A program made the translations under genes and the position numbers. This document shows, piece by piece, positions 9,621 through 18,336 of a stretch of DNA of 64,000 nt (its first letter is position 1; every line of letters starts with the position of its first letter). Origin of the DNA: Myxococcales bacterium (lineage in GTDB: Bacteria > Myxococcota_A > Polyangia > Polyangiales > DASUME01); assembly GCA_047601445.1 (NCBI GenBank), contig JASGJH010000001.1:2496001-2560000 (forward strand), read 5' to 3'. Below the pieces are notes generated by a model, which worked only from the letters and a program-made list of their open reading frames with translations, had not been told where the DNA came from and did not search any database.

Positions 9621-9950
9621 TCAGTTCAGGAGCGGCCCTACTACGCGAAAATACAGCGTGAGGGGCGAACCACAGTCCCGGCAGATCAGGTGCACCGCGC
9701 GCACCAGCTGGCTCTCGCGCCGGCCCGCCGTGTGCTCCTCGGCGCGCAAGGGGCCGTCGCAATCCGGACAGCGAAACGACTCCGCGCGCGGCTCGACCAC
9801 CGCCGCCGAGTCGACCTCGATGGGTCGCTCCGGCGAGCCCCCGCGCTCGAGCGCCACGAGCTTGCGGCGCGACCCGGCCAGCTTGTCCTGGCTACGCTCC
9901 AGGGTGCGGCGCAAGGTGCGCGTGCGCTGTGGGCGCTTCTTCTTGGTCAC
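9621..9950 (-). CDS. Small basic zinc-ribbon protein
   Basis: CPDC...CRDC pair and basic N-terminus; GTG start at 9950 assumed. Confidence 0.7.
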   Translation of the reverse strand: MTKKKRPQRTRTLRRTLERSQDKLAGSRRKLVALERGGSPERPIEVDSAAVVEPRAESFRCPDCDGPLRAEEHTAGRRESQLVRAVHLICRDCGSPLTLYFRVVGPLLN

Positions 9951-10061
9951 GGGCGGGAGCCTAGCATCGCCGCGCGAGCCGCCCCAAAACGCGAGCGGGG
10001 AGCGACGAATCCTCGTCACTCCCCGCGCACGTCCTGGCAAGTCGGCTAGCGCCGAGTCAGG

Positions 10062-11051
10062 TCAGCGCGTGCCCGGCATGTTCTTGGGCATGGTGGGCGA
10101 GTTCGGCGTGCTGGGCATCGAGGGCTTCACGGGCTGCGGCGGCGTGAGGTTCGAGCCAGGCGAGGTACGCGGCATGTTGTTCGGCGAGTTCATGCTGCCC
10201 TGCGGGCCCGTGGGGGCCTCCGGGTTTTGCACGACGATCTCGACGCGGCGGTTGTTGGCGCGGCCCTCGGGGCTGCTGTTGTCCGCGATGGGATGCGAGA
10301 AGCCAAAACCCTGAGCCTCGATCTGGTCCTTGGGGATTCCCTTCGAGACCAGGAAGCTGCGGACGGATTCGGCGCGCTTGAGCGAGAGCGCGTCGTTGAG
10401 CTGCGCCGAGCCCGTGGAGTCCGTGTGACCCTCCACCAGGAGCTGAGCCTGCGGATCGTTATGGAGCACCGCGTCGGCCACTTCCTTGAGGCGACGTTTG
10501 GCGGCCGGCAAGAGGCTGCTCTTGCCGCTCGCGAACAGGAGCGAACCGGAGAGCGAGATCACGGTGCCGCGCTGGTCCGCCGACACCTTGCCGAACTTGG
10601 CCAGGCTATCGTAGGCCTCCTGGGCCCTGCGCTCGGCGTCCTCACGACGCGTACGCTCGGTAGCCAACTCTTCCTTGGCCTTGCTGGCCTCGTTGCGCGC
10701 GCGAGCGATCATGCGGGCTTCGGAGACCTCCGCCTGATGACGCCACTGCGCGGACTCCTTGTCCGCCTGCAGAATGCGCGCCTGCACCTCGGCGAGCTGA
10801 GCCTTGCGCATCGCCACGTAGGAGCGGTCGCGCGCGCGGAACGAGTTGCCCTCGTCTTCGTAGGTCTGTTCGGCCAGCACCAGAGTCTGCTTGGCCACGT
10901 GGAGCTGCGCCGGATTCACCTCGGCGGCGGGACCCGAAGCGGCCCGGTTGTAGGCGGCGCGCGCGTCGGACAGCTCCTTGGGCGGCGTGCCTGCGCAGCC
11001 GATGAGCGTGAGTCCCGCCAGCGTCAAAATCGATGTTGCTTTGAGTTTCAT
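10062..11051 (-). CDS. OmpA-family lipoprotein with N-terminal DUF4398-like domain
   Basis: LIGC lipobox, LFASGKS, VEGHTDSTG, LSLKRAESV and GRANNRRVEIV motifs, Pro-rich tail; an alternative GTG start lies at 11087. Confidence 0.9.
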   Translation of the reverse strand: MKLKATSILTLAGLTLIGCAGTPPKELSDARAAYNRAASGPAAEVNPAQLHVAKQTLVLAEQTYEDEGNSFRARDRSYVAMRKAQLAEVQARILQADKESAQWRHQAEVSEARMIARARNEASKAKEELATERTRREDAERRAQEAYDSLAKFGKVSADQRGTVISLSGSLLFASGKSSLLPAAKRRLKEVADAVLHNDPQAQLLVEGHTDSTGSAQLNDALSLKRAESVRSFLVSKGIPKDQIEAQGFGFSHPIADNSSPEGRANNRRVEIVVQNPEAPTGPQGSMNSPNNMPRTSPGSNLTPPQPVKPSMPSTPNSPTMPKNMPGTR

Positions 11052-11083
11052 ACGACTGGTTCCTATCTTCGCGGTTTGACGCT

Positions 11084-11461
11084 TCACTGGGACAGATTCT
11101 GTTGGGCCACGCTCTCGCGCTCACGCTCTGCAGCGAGGCGCGCCAGCTCGGCGGACTGTTGGGCACGGCGACGTGCGGCTTCCTCGCGGGTCAGCGCGAG
11201 CGAGAGCGCGGCGTCGTTGTAGGCACGCAACGTCATGTAGTCGGCGTGCTCGTTGTTGCCCTTCGCCATCATCTTCTTGGCAGTGGTGATCTGCTCTTCC
11301 GACATCTTCAGCTGCAGCGCCGCCTCGGGCACTTGGGTGGCGCCAGCCTCCTGGGCGCCTCGTGCAGCCGCGACGGAGCTCGCGAGGTGCTCAGTCGGAG
11401 CCGGGTAACTCGCGCAAGCAGCCGTAGTCAGCGCAAGCGCACACAGAAGTTTGGTTTTCAT
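11084..11461 (-). CDS. DUF4398-family lipoprotein
   Basis: TAAC lipobox and the AAARGAQEAGA...RAYNDAALSLAL helical pattern; lies directly upstream of the OmpA gene. Confidence 0.85.
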   Translation of the reverse strand: MKTKLLCALALTTAACASYPAPTEHLASSVAAARGAQEAGATQVPEAALQLKMSEEQITTAKKMMAKGNNEHADYMTLRAYNDAALSLALTREEAARRRAQQSAELARLAAERERESVAQQNLSQ

Positions 11462-11511
11462 TTGAAGGCCCCCCTCCTAACAAATCAGTTCGGTCTTCCG
11501 CAGCTCGACTC

Positions 11512-11527
11512 AGCGAACTTCATGCCA
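11512..11527 (-). promoter_or_regulatory. Sigma54 (-24/-12)-type promoter for DUF4398-OmpA operon
   Basis: TGGCATGAAGTTCGCT has GG-N10-GC spacing and lies ~50 bp upstream of ATG 11461. Confidence 0.6.
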
Positions 11528-11730
11528 AGCGCTTACACTCAGAAAAAGCGCAAAAACGCGCGCTTCATCGGGGCAAAGCGACGCAGCCCCCGCGACCGCG
11601 CCTCACCTCAACCCCTGGAAACAGCACGCTTTCGCGCATGTGCTGATGTGAGCGCTCGAAGCTGCGACGGGAAGCACTGTCCCTGGAAGATCCGCATCGA
11701 ATGCCTCGAGACGCGCGGCCGGGCCCAGCT

Positions 11731-11746
11731 TGGCAAGCAGCTTGCA
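11731..11746 (+). promoter_or_regulatory. Sigma54 (-24/-12)-type promoter
   Basis: TGGCAAGCAGCTTGCA is close to consensus TGGCACG-N4-TTGCW and lies ~55 bp upstream of ATG 11801. Confidence 0.65.
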
Positions 11747-11800
11747 CAGCGCCTCTTACGCAGGCCTCACCTGATGAACGGCCAGCATTGGAGAAAGCAC

Positions 11801-12466
11801 ATGCGTCAGTCTCTTCGTTTCGTTGTGAGCCTGTCGGCTGTTGCGACCGTCTGGGGCGCGGGCCTTTCCCTCGCCAGCGCGCAGGAGTCGAGTCCGCAAG
11901 CCAACACGCCCAGCCCTGGTCCGGTCTTGCCGGCGTCGCCCGATACCAGCGGCGTCGACACCACGGCCGGCACCGTGGGTTCGCAGGGAGGGTCCTTGCC
12001 GGGCTACGAGCCGGCGTCCCCATACATGACCACGACGGAGACCCCGGCCTTCACGATTTCGGACCCGAATGAGCCGGTGATCGACGCGAAGACCACGCGC
12101 ACACGTCGCCCGAATCTGCCGCTCCTCGGTACCAGCAGCTTGCTGTTCTTGGGCAGCTACATCCCCACGATCGCGTATCAGGGGGCCAAGGATCGGAATG
12201 ACAACCTCTTCGTCCCCATCGCGGGTCCCTGGATGGACCTCTCCCAGGGCCACCACAGCACCTCGGAGAAGACTCTGCTCTCGCTGTCTGGTGTCATGCA
12301 GGGCTTGGGTGCGCTCGGCGTAGTCAGCAGCTTCTTCGTGCCCGAGCGCCGGACGCGCAACTGGTCGCTGGTGGGCATGCGCCACGACGGGCGCCGCGCG
12401 TCCATCGTGGTGGAACCCCGCATGGCGAAGGGTCAGTACGGGTTTGGCGCAGGCGGCCGCTTCTGA
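11801..12466 (+). CDS. Hypothetical secreted/outer-membrane protein
   Basis: GGAGA RBS before ATG 11801, signal peptide, LFVPIAGPW motif and C-terminal GFGAGGRF typical of myxobacterial proteins. Confidence 0.75.
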   Translation: MRQSLRFVVSLSAVATVWGAGLSLASAQESSPQANTPSPGPVLPASPDTSGVDTTAGTVGSQGGSLPGYEPASPYMTTTETPAFTISDPNEPVIDAKTTRTRRPNLPLLGTSSLLFLGSYIPTIAYQGAKDRNDNLFVPIAGPWMDLSQGHHSTSEKTLLSLSGVMQGLGALGVVSSFFVPERRTRNWSLVGMRHDGRRASIVVEPRMAKGQYGFGAGGRF

Positions 12467-12534
12467 GGCAGCCCGGCCGCGTACTGGCGGCTTTTCGATA
12501 GCGCACGGCCGCAAGGCTTGGCATATGAGCGCCA

Positions 12535-13182
12535 ATGAGTGCTCAGCCCAACGCCAAGGCGCTATTGGACCAACTTTTTGAGGCAGATCGACGGGTACGC
12601 GAGGCCGAAGCTTCGCTGCTCGCGTCTGCGTCTGGGGGCACCGACCTCGAGCGCGCCCTCGAGCGCGCTGCCGACGAGGCGGCCGGACTCAAGGACAGCG
12701 CAGAGGGAGTCGCTCGGCTGGTTCGCCTGAGTGATCTGTGTGCTCAGGTACAGGGTCCGCGCATGGCGGATACCCTGCTCGGTATCCTGAATCACGAAGA
12801 GCCCCAGGTGCGCGTGGCTGCCGGGGAGGCCCTGCGCGACTTCGCCTACGACCGCTATGCGGAAGTGGCGCGTGCCGTGGAGCGTCTGCTCGAGCGCGAC
12901 GCGCAGGGTCCAGCACTCTCCGAGGTGCCCTGGATCCTGGCCGAGATCGCGGAGCCCAGTGCGGTGCCGCTGATCTCGCGCTGCCTCAAGCATCGCGACC
13001 CCGAAGTGGTGGCCTCGGCCATCGAGGCGTTGGCGGAGGTGGGCGATCCCGAGGCCATTCCGCTGCTGGAGCCACTCACCAAGGACAAGCGCGTGGTCGA
13101 TCTCGACGAAGGCGAGACCGCCTTCTCCACCACGCTCGGAGAGCTCGCGCGCGAGGCCATCGAAGAGCTCGACGCCCGATGA
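12535..13182 (+). CDS. HEAT-repeat protein
   Basis: HEEPQVRVAAGEAL and HRDPEVVASAIEALAEVGDPEAIPLL repeats. Confidence 0.85.
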   Translation: MSAQPNAKALLDQLFEADRRVREAEASLLASASGGTDLERALERAADEAAGLKDSAEGVARLVRLSDLCAQVQGPRMADTLLGILNHEEPQVRVAAGEALRDFAYDRYAEVARAVERLLERDAQGPALSEVPWILAEIAEPSAVPLISRCLKHRDPEVVASAIEALAEVGDPEAIPLLEPLTKDKRVVDLDEGETAFSTTLGELAREAIEELDAR

Positions 13183-13961
13183 AATCCATCAAGCACACCT
13201 GGCTCATCACGGGTGCGGCCAGCGGCATCGGTCGCGAGCTGGCCAATCAGCTGGCCCGGAAGGGCGAACGCCTGGTGCTGTGGGATCGCGACGCGGAGAA
13301 CCTCGAGCGCGCCGCGAGCCTGCTCGGCCCGGCGGTGCGTCACGCCCACACGGTGGACATCGTGAGCTCCGAGGCCACGCGCGAAGCCGCACAGCGCTCG
13401 GTGGACGCGGCAGGTCCTATCACTCGCGCCATTCACTGCGCCGGCATCTTGCGCGTCGGCTCGGCCCTGACGATGTCCGCCACCGACTACCGGGCCATGA
13501 TGGAGGTGAACTTCCTCGGCACCGTGCACGTGGCCCGCGCCCTGGTCCCGGTGCTGATCGACGCGGGCAAGCGCATGGGCGGCTCCAAGCTCGTGTTCAT
13601 CTCCAGCATCGCGGGACTGCGCGGTATCCCCACCTTGGCGGGCTACTCGGCCAGCAAGTACGCGGTCATCGGCTTCGCCCAAGCGCTACGCGACGAGCTC
13701 TACGACGAGCCGCTCGACATCCGTGTCGTGTGTCCGCCACCCGTGGACACGCCCATGGTCAACAATCTCCCGGAAATTCCGGCCGTCTATCGGCTCTCGC
13801 CGCCTCAACCGGTAGACCTCGTGGCCGGTCGCCTGCTGGAGTCGCTGGAGCGCGACGAATGGATTGCCACATTGGATGCGCCCACCAAGATCCTGTGGCG
13901 CATGCAGCGTGCCCTGCCGAGCGGCCTCGATTGGGCGCTGCGCAAGGCGAGCCGCCGCTGA
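13179..13961 (+). CDS. Short-chain dehydrogenase/reductase
   Basis: ITGAASGIG, VNFLG and catalytic YSASK motifs; ATGA overlap with the upstream gene. Confidence 0.9.
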   Translation: MKSIKHTWLITGAASGIGRELANQLARKGERLVLWDRDAENLERAASLLGPAVRHAHTVDIVSSEATREAAQRSVDAAGPITRAIHCAGILRVGSALTMSATDYRAMMEVNFLGTVHVARALVPVLIDAGKRMGGSKLVFISSIAGLRGIPTLAGYSASKYAVIGFAQALRDELYDEPLDIRVVCPPPVDTPMVNNLPEIPAVYRLSPPQPVDLVAGRLLESLERDEWIATLDAPTKILWRMQRALPSGLDWALRKASRR

Positions 13962-13974
13962 ACCCGTCAAGTCA

Positions 13975-14049
13975 CGGGGAGGGCACGCGCCCTCCCCGCC
14001 CGTCGCGGCAAAGCCGCGCTCGGACCCACCCCACCGCGAGGTTCGCTGC
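13975..14049. repeat. ~75-bp structured intergenic repeat (copy 1)
   Basis: CGGGGAGGGC-ACGC-GCCCTCCCCG hairpin, CGCGGC-AAA-GCCGCG hairpin, then ACCCACCCCACCGCGAGGTTCGCTGC; near-identical to 51780..51855. Confidence 0.85.
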
Positions 14050-14093
14050 CCCGACGAGCTAGGCCATGCCGAACCGAAGGGCGCGCTTCGACC

Positions 14094-15152
14094 TCAACGT
14101 CGAGGGCGTGCCCGGGCGCGGAGTTTGGCGCGCGTGGCGCGGGCCTTGTCGCTCGGCAAGAGCGCCATGTAGTCGAGCGGCGTATCCACGGTGGGCGGTT
14201 CGGCATCCCCCTCGGGCGCCTGCGAGCGCAGCGCGTCTCCCAGTGCGGCCATCGCCTCCGCCCCCTCCACCGAGGCGGGCTTGAAGCCCGTGACCGCCGC
14301 CAGCAGTGCGCCGTGCGTGCGTGCACCGACCATCTTGCGCCGCGCCAGGTCCGCGTAGCTGGCGGCCAGCGCTTCCGGGCTGAACGAGTGGGAGCGCACC
14401 AGCTCTAGCCCGACCCGCATCACCACGTCCGCGTCGACCAGACCGTCCTCCAGCAGCACCACCGCGGGCTGGAAGTAGTTGTGGAACGCGCACACGCGCC
14501 GCCCGAAATCGGCGAATACCGTGCTCGGCTCCACCCGCTCCAGGTGGATGAAGATGCGACGCGCGATGTCTTGCTTGGGCACGGAGCGCGCCAACTCCAG
14601 CAACGCGGCCGCGTCGTCGTCGTAGGCGCGCGATGCCTCGAGGATGCTCGCCAGCACGTTGAGCCCGACGGCACCGGAACACAGGTCGGCGTAGAGCGAG
14701 TACACGAAGGCGTCGGCCTCCGCGTCGTCACCGAACATCACTTCGTCGCACTCCTCGCCCACCGCAATACGCGAGCTCAGCAGCGCGTGCAGCTTGTAGC
14801 TCACCTGGTCCCGCAAAAAGCGGAAGCGTCCGCGCAGGAGCTTGTTGAGCGAGGGCTTGAGCACGAGGCCGTCGTAGCTGATGCCATCGAGGGCGAGCTT
14901 TTCGACGATCACCTTGCGCATCTGCTGCGGACTGCCCGACAGGATGTACAAGCCCTTGGGATTGGTGGCACAGAGCTCCCGCAGCAGGACTTGAGCCCCC
15001 GGGAACGTGCGCTTGTCCGCCGCCTTTTCGAAGGCCGCTCGCACCAGTCCTTTGAAGGAGTCGAAGTCGGTGCTCAGGTAGGTCTTGTCGAGATCCCAAC
15101 GATAGACCGTGCCGTTCGCCCTGAGCTGTCGCGCCGTTGCCTCAGCCGTCAC
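14094..15152 (-). CDS. HAD-superfamily phosphatase-like protein (App1/DUF2183-like)
   Basis: N-terminal WDLDKT (DxDxT), LSGSP and FGDDAEAD motifs. Confidence 0.7.
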   Translation of the reverse strand: MTAEATARQLRANGTVYRWDLDKTYLSTDFDSFKGLVRAAFEKAADKRTFPGAQVLLRELCATNPKGLYILSGSPQQMRKVIVEKLALDGISYDGLVLKPSLNKLLRGRFRFLRDQVSYKLHALLSSRIAVGEECDEVMFGDDAEADAFVYSLYADLCSGAVGLNVLASILEASRAYDDDAAALLELARSVPKQDIARRIFIHLERVEPSTVFADFGRRVCAFHNYFQPAVVLLEDGLVDADVVMRVGLELVRSHSFSPEALAASYADLARRKMVGARTHGALLAAVTGFKPASVEGAEAMAALGDALRSQAPEGDAEPPTVDTPLDYMALLPSDKARATRAKLRARARPRR

Positions 15153-15263
15153 CTCGCGAGGCTACCGCGGGAGGGCTTTCGGGGCCAAGCTACGCGAGTA
15201 GAATGCGTTCGGCTCGCCGCCGCGTAGGTCACGCGGGCGGACGAGGGTCTAGAGGTCCGGTCG

Positions 15264-15980
15264 ATGCGTCCATCCCAGGGAATCCCTCAGTCGTCTCCCG
15301 ACGTGCTCGTGCTCGCGGCACACGCGCCCGAGTTCGTGGGCCTGCGTCCTCATCTCGGTGATCAACTCAGCGGCCAGCTGCGCGGGCTGCACGTGGTGGC
15401 CAAGACCATCGGCGTGGGCATGGCGGTCTCGGGCGCGGGCACGGCGAATCGCCTCATGCAGCTGAATCCGCGCGCCGTCATCTTGCTCGGCAGCTGCGGC
15501 ATCTATCCGAGCCCGGGTGACTACCGTCCCCTGGATATGGTGGTCCCACGCAGCTGCCACCTGTTCGACCCATCCGTGGCAGCGGGCAAGGCCGAGTTTC
15601 CGGACCCGATGCAGACCGTGCTCGACACCCACCCCGCGCTGAGCGCCGGGCTGTTGGCCGCGGCCGGGCCACGCTCCCATGCCTCCCGGGTCGCCAACAC
15701 CCTGGCCATTACCACCGACGACGGGGTCGCCCGGGCGGTCCATCCCGCCACCGGGCTCGACGCCGAGAACCTGGAAATCTTTCCGGTGGCCGTGGCCTGC
15801 AAGGCCGCCGATATCCCCTTCGCCGCCGTGCTCGGGGTGACCAATATGGTTGGGTCCACCGGGCGCGTAGACTGGCGGCAGTTTCAGCGAGATGCGGCCG
15901 TAGGCGCAGCGGAGGTCTTCGTGAACTGGGCTTTTAGTGGCGCTTCCGGGCTACCCAACGCCCCACCCCGAGGCCCATGA
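15264..15980 (+). CDS. Nucleoside phosphorylase/nucleosidase-fold protein (MTA/SAH nucleosidase or MqnB-like)
   Basis: IGVG, LLGSCGIY, AENLE (cf. xEME) and VLGVTNMVG motifs. Confidence 0.7.
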   Translation: MRPSQGIPQSSPDVLVLAAHAPEFVGLRPHLGDQLSGQLRGLHVVAKTIGVGMAVSGAGTANRLMQLNPRAVILLGSCGIYPSPGDYRPLDMVVPRSCHLFDPSVAAGKAEFPDPMQTVLDTHPALSAGLLAAAGPRSHASRVANTLAITTDDGVARAVHPATGLDAENLEIFPVAVACKAADIPFAAVLGVTNMVGSTGRVDWRQFQRDAAVGAAEVFVNWAFSGASGLPNAPPRGP

Positions 15981-16106
15981 GCCGAGTTGACACTGCTCAT
16001 ACGACCAGCAACGATGGGAACATCGCTTTCGGGAGCTGTCGTACATAGGAAGCATCCGGTTGTGGAGTCGCAGGACGCGCTCGTGTTATCAAAAAGGGAC
16101 TTGGCA

Positions 16107-16889
16107 ATGCCAGAGACGCCGTTCCCGCATATCGAAGATCTCGAGCATCTGGGGGCAAACCCCGATTCACGGATCCGTCGTCGGCCCAGCATGCCGGGCC
16201 GCTCGGTCTCGGCCTTCGCTCCGGTGCCCGCCAAATCCGATCCCCCTGTGTCCGCGTCCGCAACTGCGCCGATGATCGAGAGCTCCCCTCCCTTGTCGCC
16301 CGACGACTTCAGCTACGCGAGCACCCTGCGTCTCGCGGGCATCGTCTCGGAGCTACATGGCGCGGAGATCACGCGCATCGCGCGTCACGTGGTCAGCAGC
16401 GACAAGCGCGCCCGCCACCTCGACCTGTTGTTCGCCTACTACGCCGCCGGGGGCGATGCCCTGGTGAGCCGTCGGCGCATGGTCACGGACCGTTGGTTCA
16501 TCTACTCGGCCAAGCAGTCGCTGACGCTGGGCCAGGTGCTCGGCCGCCTGCTCGGCGTACTGCCCGAGATTTCCGCGGCGCGCCTGGAGCGCGTCGGAGG
16601 CCCCGAGGGCACCCTCGTGGTTCGCTGTGGCGATCACGTATGCGCGCTCGAGGACGAGATTGAAGAGAGCCCGGATTGTCCCACCGTGAGCGTGGCCGGC
16701 CTGGTGCGCGCGCTCAATGTGCTGCTGGATCGTCAGGGCGTGCGCGCCCGCTTGATCGGCCTGTTCGGCGACGGCACGCGCGAGGCGTACGTGGGCATCG
16801 CTTCGCTGGCGTCGGCGGTCCCGCTGGCCCAGGCGGACTTTCTGAGCGTCACCGACGCCGAAAGCCTGATGGAGCAGACCGGCTGGTGA
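16107..16889 (+). CDS. Hypothetical protein
   Basis: Long GC3-rich ORF in line with the flanking genes; Pro-rich N-terminus; start uncertain. Confidence 0.6.
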   Translation: MPETPFPHIEDLEHLGANPDSRIRRRPSMPGRSVSAFAPVPAKSDPPVSASATAPMIESSPPLSPDDFSYASTLRLAGIVSELHGAEITRIARHVVSSDKRARHLDLLFAYYAAGGDALVSRRRMVTDRWFIYSAKQSLTLGQVLGRLLGVLPEISAARLERVGGPEGTLVVRCGDHVCALEDEIEESPDCPTVSVAGLVRALNVLLDRQGVRARLIGLFGDGTREAYVGIASLASAVPLAQADFLSVTDAESLMEQTGW

Positions 16890-17015
16890 AGCGGTAGCCG
16901 GCGCCACAGTAGGCGCTGCTGCCGTCTATCCCCAAGGCTCGCATCCGCAGTCCCATCGCGGGACGTGGCGCGACGGACTCGCATCCGCGAGCGGCTGCAG
17001 TATTTTCAGGCCCCT

Positions 17016-18221
17016 ATGAGCAGCAGCGACAGCAGCGACGATAGCCAGCGCAAGCGCAAGCGTATCCCTCGCAACAAAGATCAAGACTACAGCAAGGCCC
17101 AGGCCGCGGAGCGCCGCGAATTCGCGCGCAACGAAACCGGAGCCTCCCTCGAGCACGTGGGCAGCTTCTCGCTCGATCCCGCCACGCTGCCGGGCAACAT
17201 CGAGAACTTCACGGGCGTCGCCCAGGTGCCCATCGGCCTCGCGGGTCCCTTGCGCGTGAACGGAGAGCACGCGCAGGGCGACTTCTTCATTCCGATGGCC
17301 ACCACGGAGGGCACGCTGGTGGCGAGCTACAACCGCGGCATGCGGGTGCTCTCGGAGTGCGGCGGCGTCACCTGCACCGTCGTCGAGCAATCCATGCAGC
17401 GCGCCCCGGTGTTCATGTTCGACAACGCCCGTCAGGCCCGCGACTTCGGGCTGTGGCTCGAGGAAAACCTGAGCGCAGTGCGCGAGGTGGCCCAGGCGAC
17501 CACGCGCGTCGGCAAGCTGATCAACGTCGGACAGTACGCGGTGGGCTGCCTGCGCTATTTGCGCTTCAACTACACCACCGGCGACGCGGCGGGCCAAAAC
17601 ATGACGGGCAAGGCCACCTACGCCGCCTGCGAGTGGATCAAGGCCAACTACCCCAAGCCCTGCAACTACATCCTCTCGGGCAGCATCGACACGGACAAGA
17701 AGCACTCGCGCATCAACGTGCTCGCCACGCGCGGCCGCAGGGTGGTGGCCGAGGCCGTGCTCAAGCGCGACGTACTCAAGCAGATCACGGGCGCCGACAC
17801 CAAGGACCTCTTCTACGCGCGCCAGATCCACAATACGGGAGCAGTGCTCGCGGGGTCGGCCTACAACGGTGCGCACGCGGCCAACGGGCTGGCGGCGCTC
17901 TTCATCGCCACCGGACAGGACGTCGCCAACGTGTCGGAGTCCCACGCAGGCGTCGTCTATACCCAGCTCCTGGACAACGGTGACTACTATTGGTCCACCA
18001 CTCTGCCCGCCCTGATCGTAGGCACCTACGGCGGGGGCACGGGCCTGGCGACCCAGCGCGAATGTCTGGAGGTGCTCGGGTGCTACGGGCAGGGCAAGGC
18101 CGACAAGCTGGCGGAGATTTGCGCGGGTGTGGTGCTGGCCGGCGACATCTCCCTGACAGCCGCCATCATCCACGGGGACTGGGTCTCGAGCCACGACCAG
18201 TACGGACGCAACCGTCCCTGA
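17016..18221 (+). CDS. Hydroxymethylglutaryl-CoA reductase, class I
   Basis: NIENFTG, PMATTEGTLVAS..RG, TGDAAGQNM, DTDKK, HAAN, GQDVANV, GTYGGGT and C-terminal catalytic His (SSHDQYGR). Confidence 0.92.
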   Translation: MSSSDSSDDSQRKRKRIPRNKDQDYSKAQAAERREFARNETGASLEHVGSFSLDPATLPGNIENFTGVAQVPIGLAGPLRVNGEHAQGDFFIPMATTEGTLVASYNRGMRVLSECGGVTCTVVEQSMQRAPVFMFDNARQARDFGLWLEENLSAVREVAQATTRVGKLINVGQYAVGCLRYLRFNYTTGDAAGQNMTGKATYAACEWIKANYPKPCNYILSGSIDTDKKHSRINVLATRGRRVVAEAVLKRDVLKQITGADTKDLFYARQIHNTGAVLAGSAYNGAHAANGLAALFIATGQDVANVSESHAGVVYTQLLDNGDYYWSTTLPALIVGTYGGGTGLATQRECLEVLGCYGQGKADKLAEICAGVVLAGDISLTAAIIHGDWVSSHDQYGRNRP

Positions 18222-18336
18222 AGCCCGGAGGGGCCGGCGGCGTGGGAACCGTTTGCCCGCCAAGTCCACCCGTTCGCCACAGACGGGTCGACGCGGCAGG
18301 CCTCTAGGGTTAATTCCTCGCGTCGTTGAGGGCGAG

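Noticed and set aside
13975..14049. Group II intron domain V/VI remnant
   Set aside because: No catalytic-triad domain V helix is recognisable on either strand.
18222..18336. Cobalamin riboswitch upstream of mutA
   Set aside because: GGGAA and GCCAC fragments are present, but there is no B12 box or recognisable core, and the region is short.
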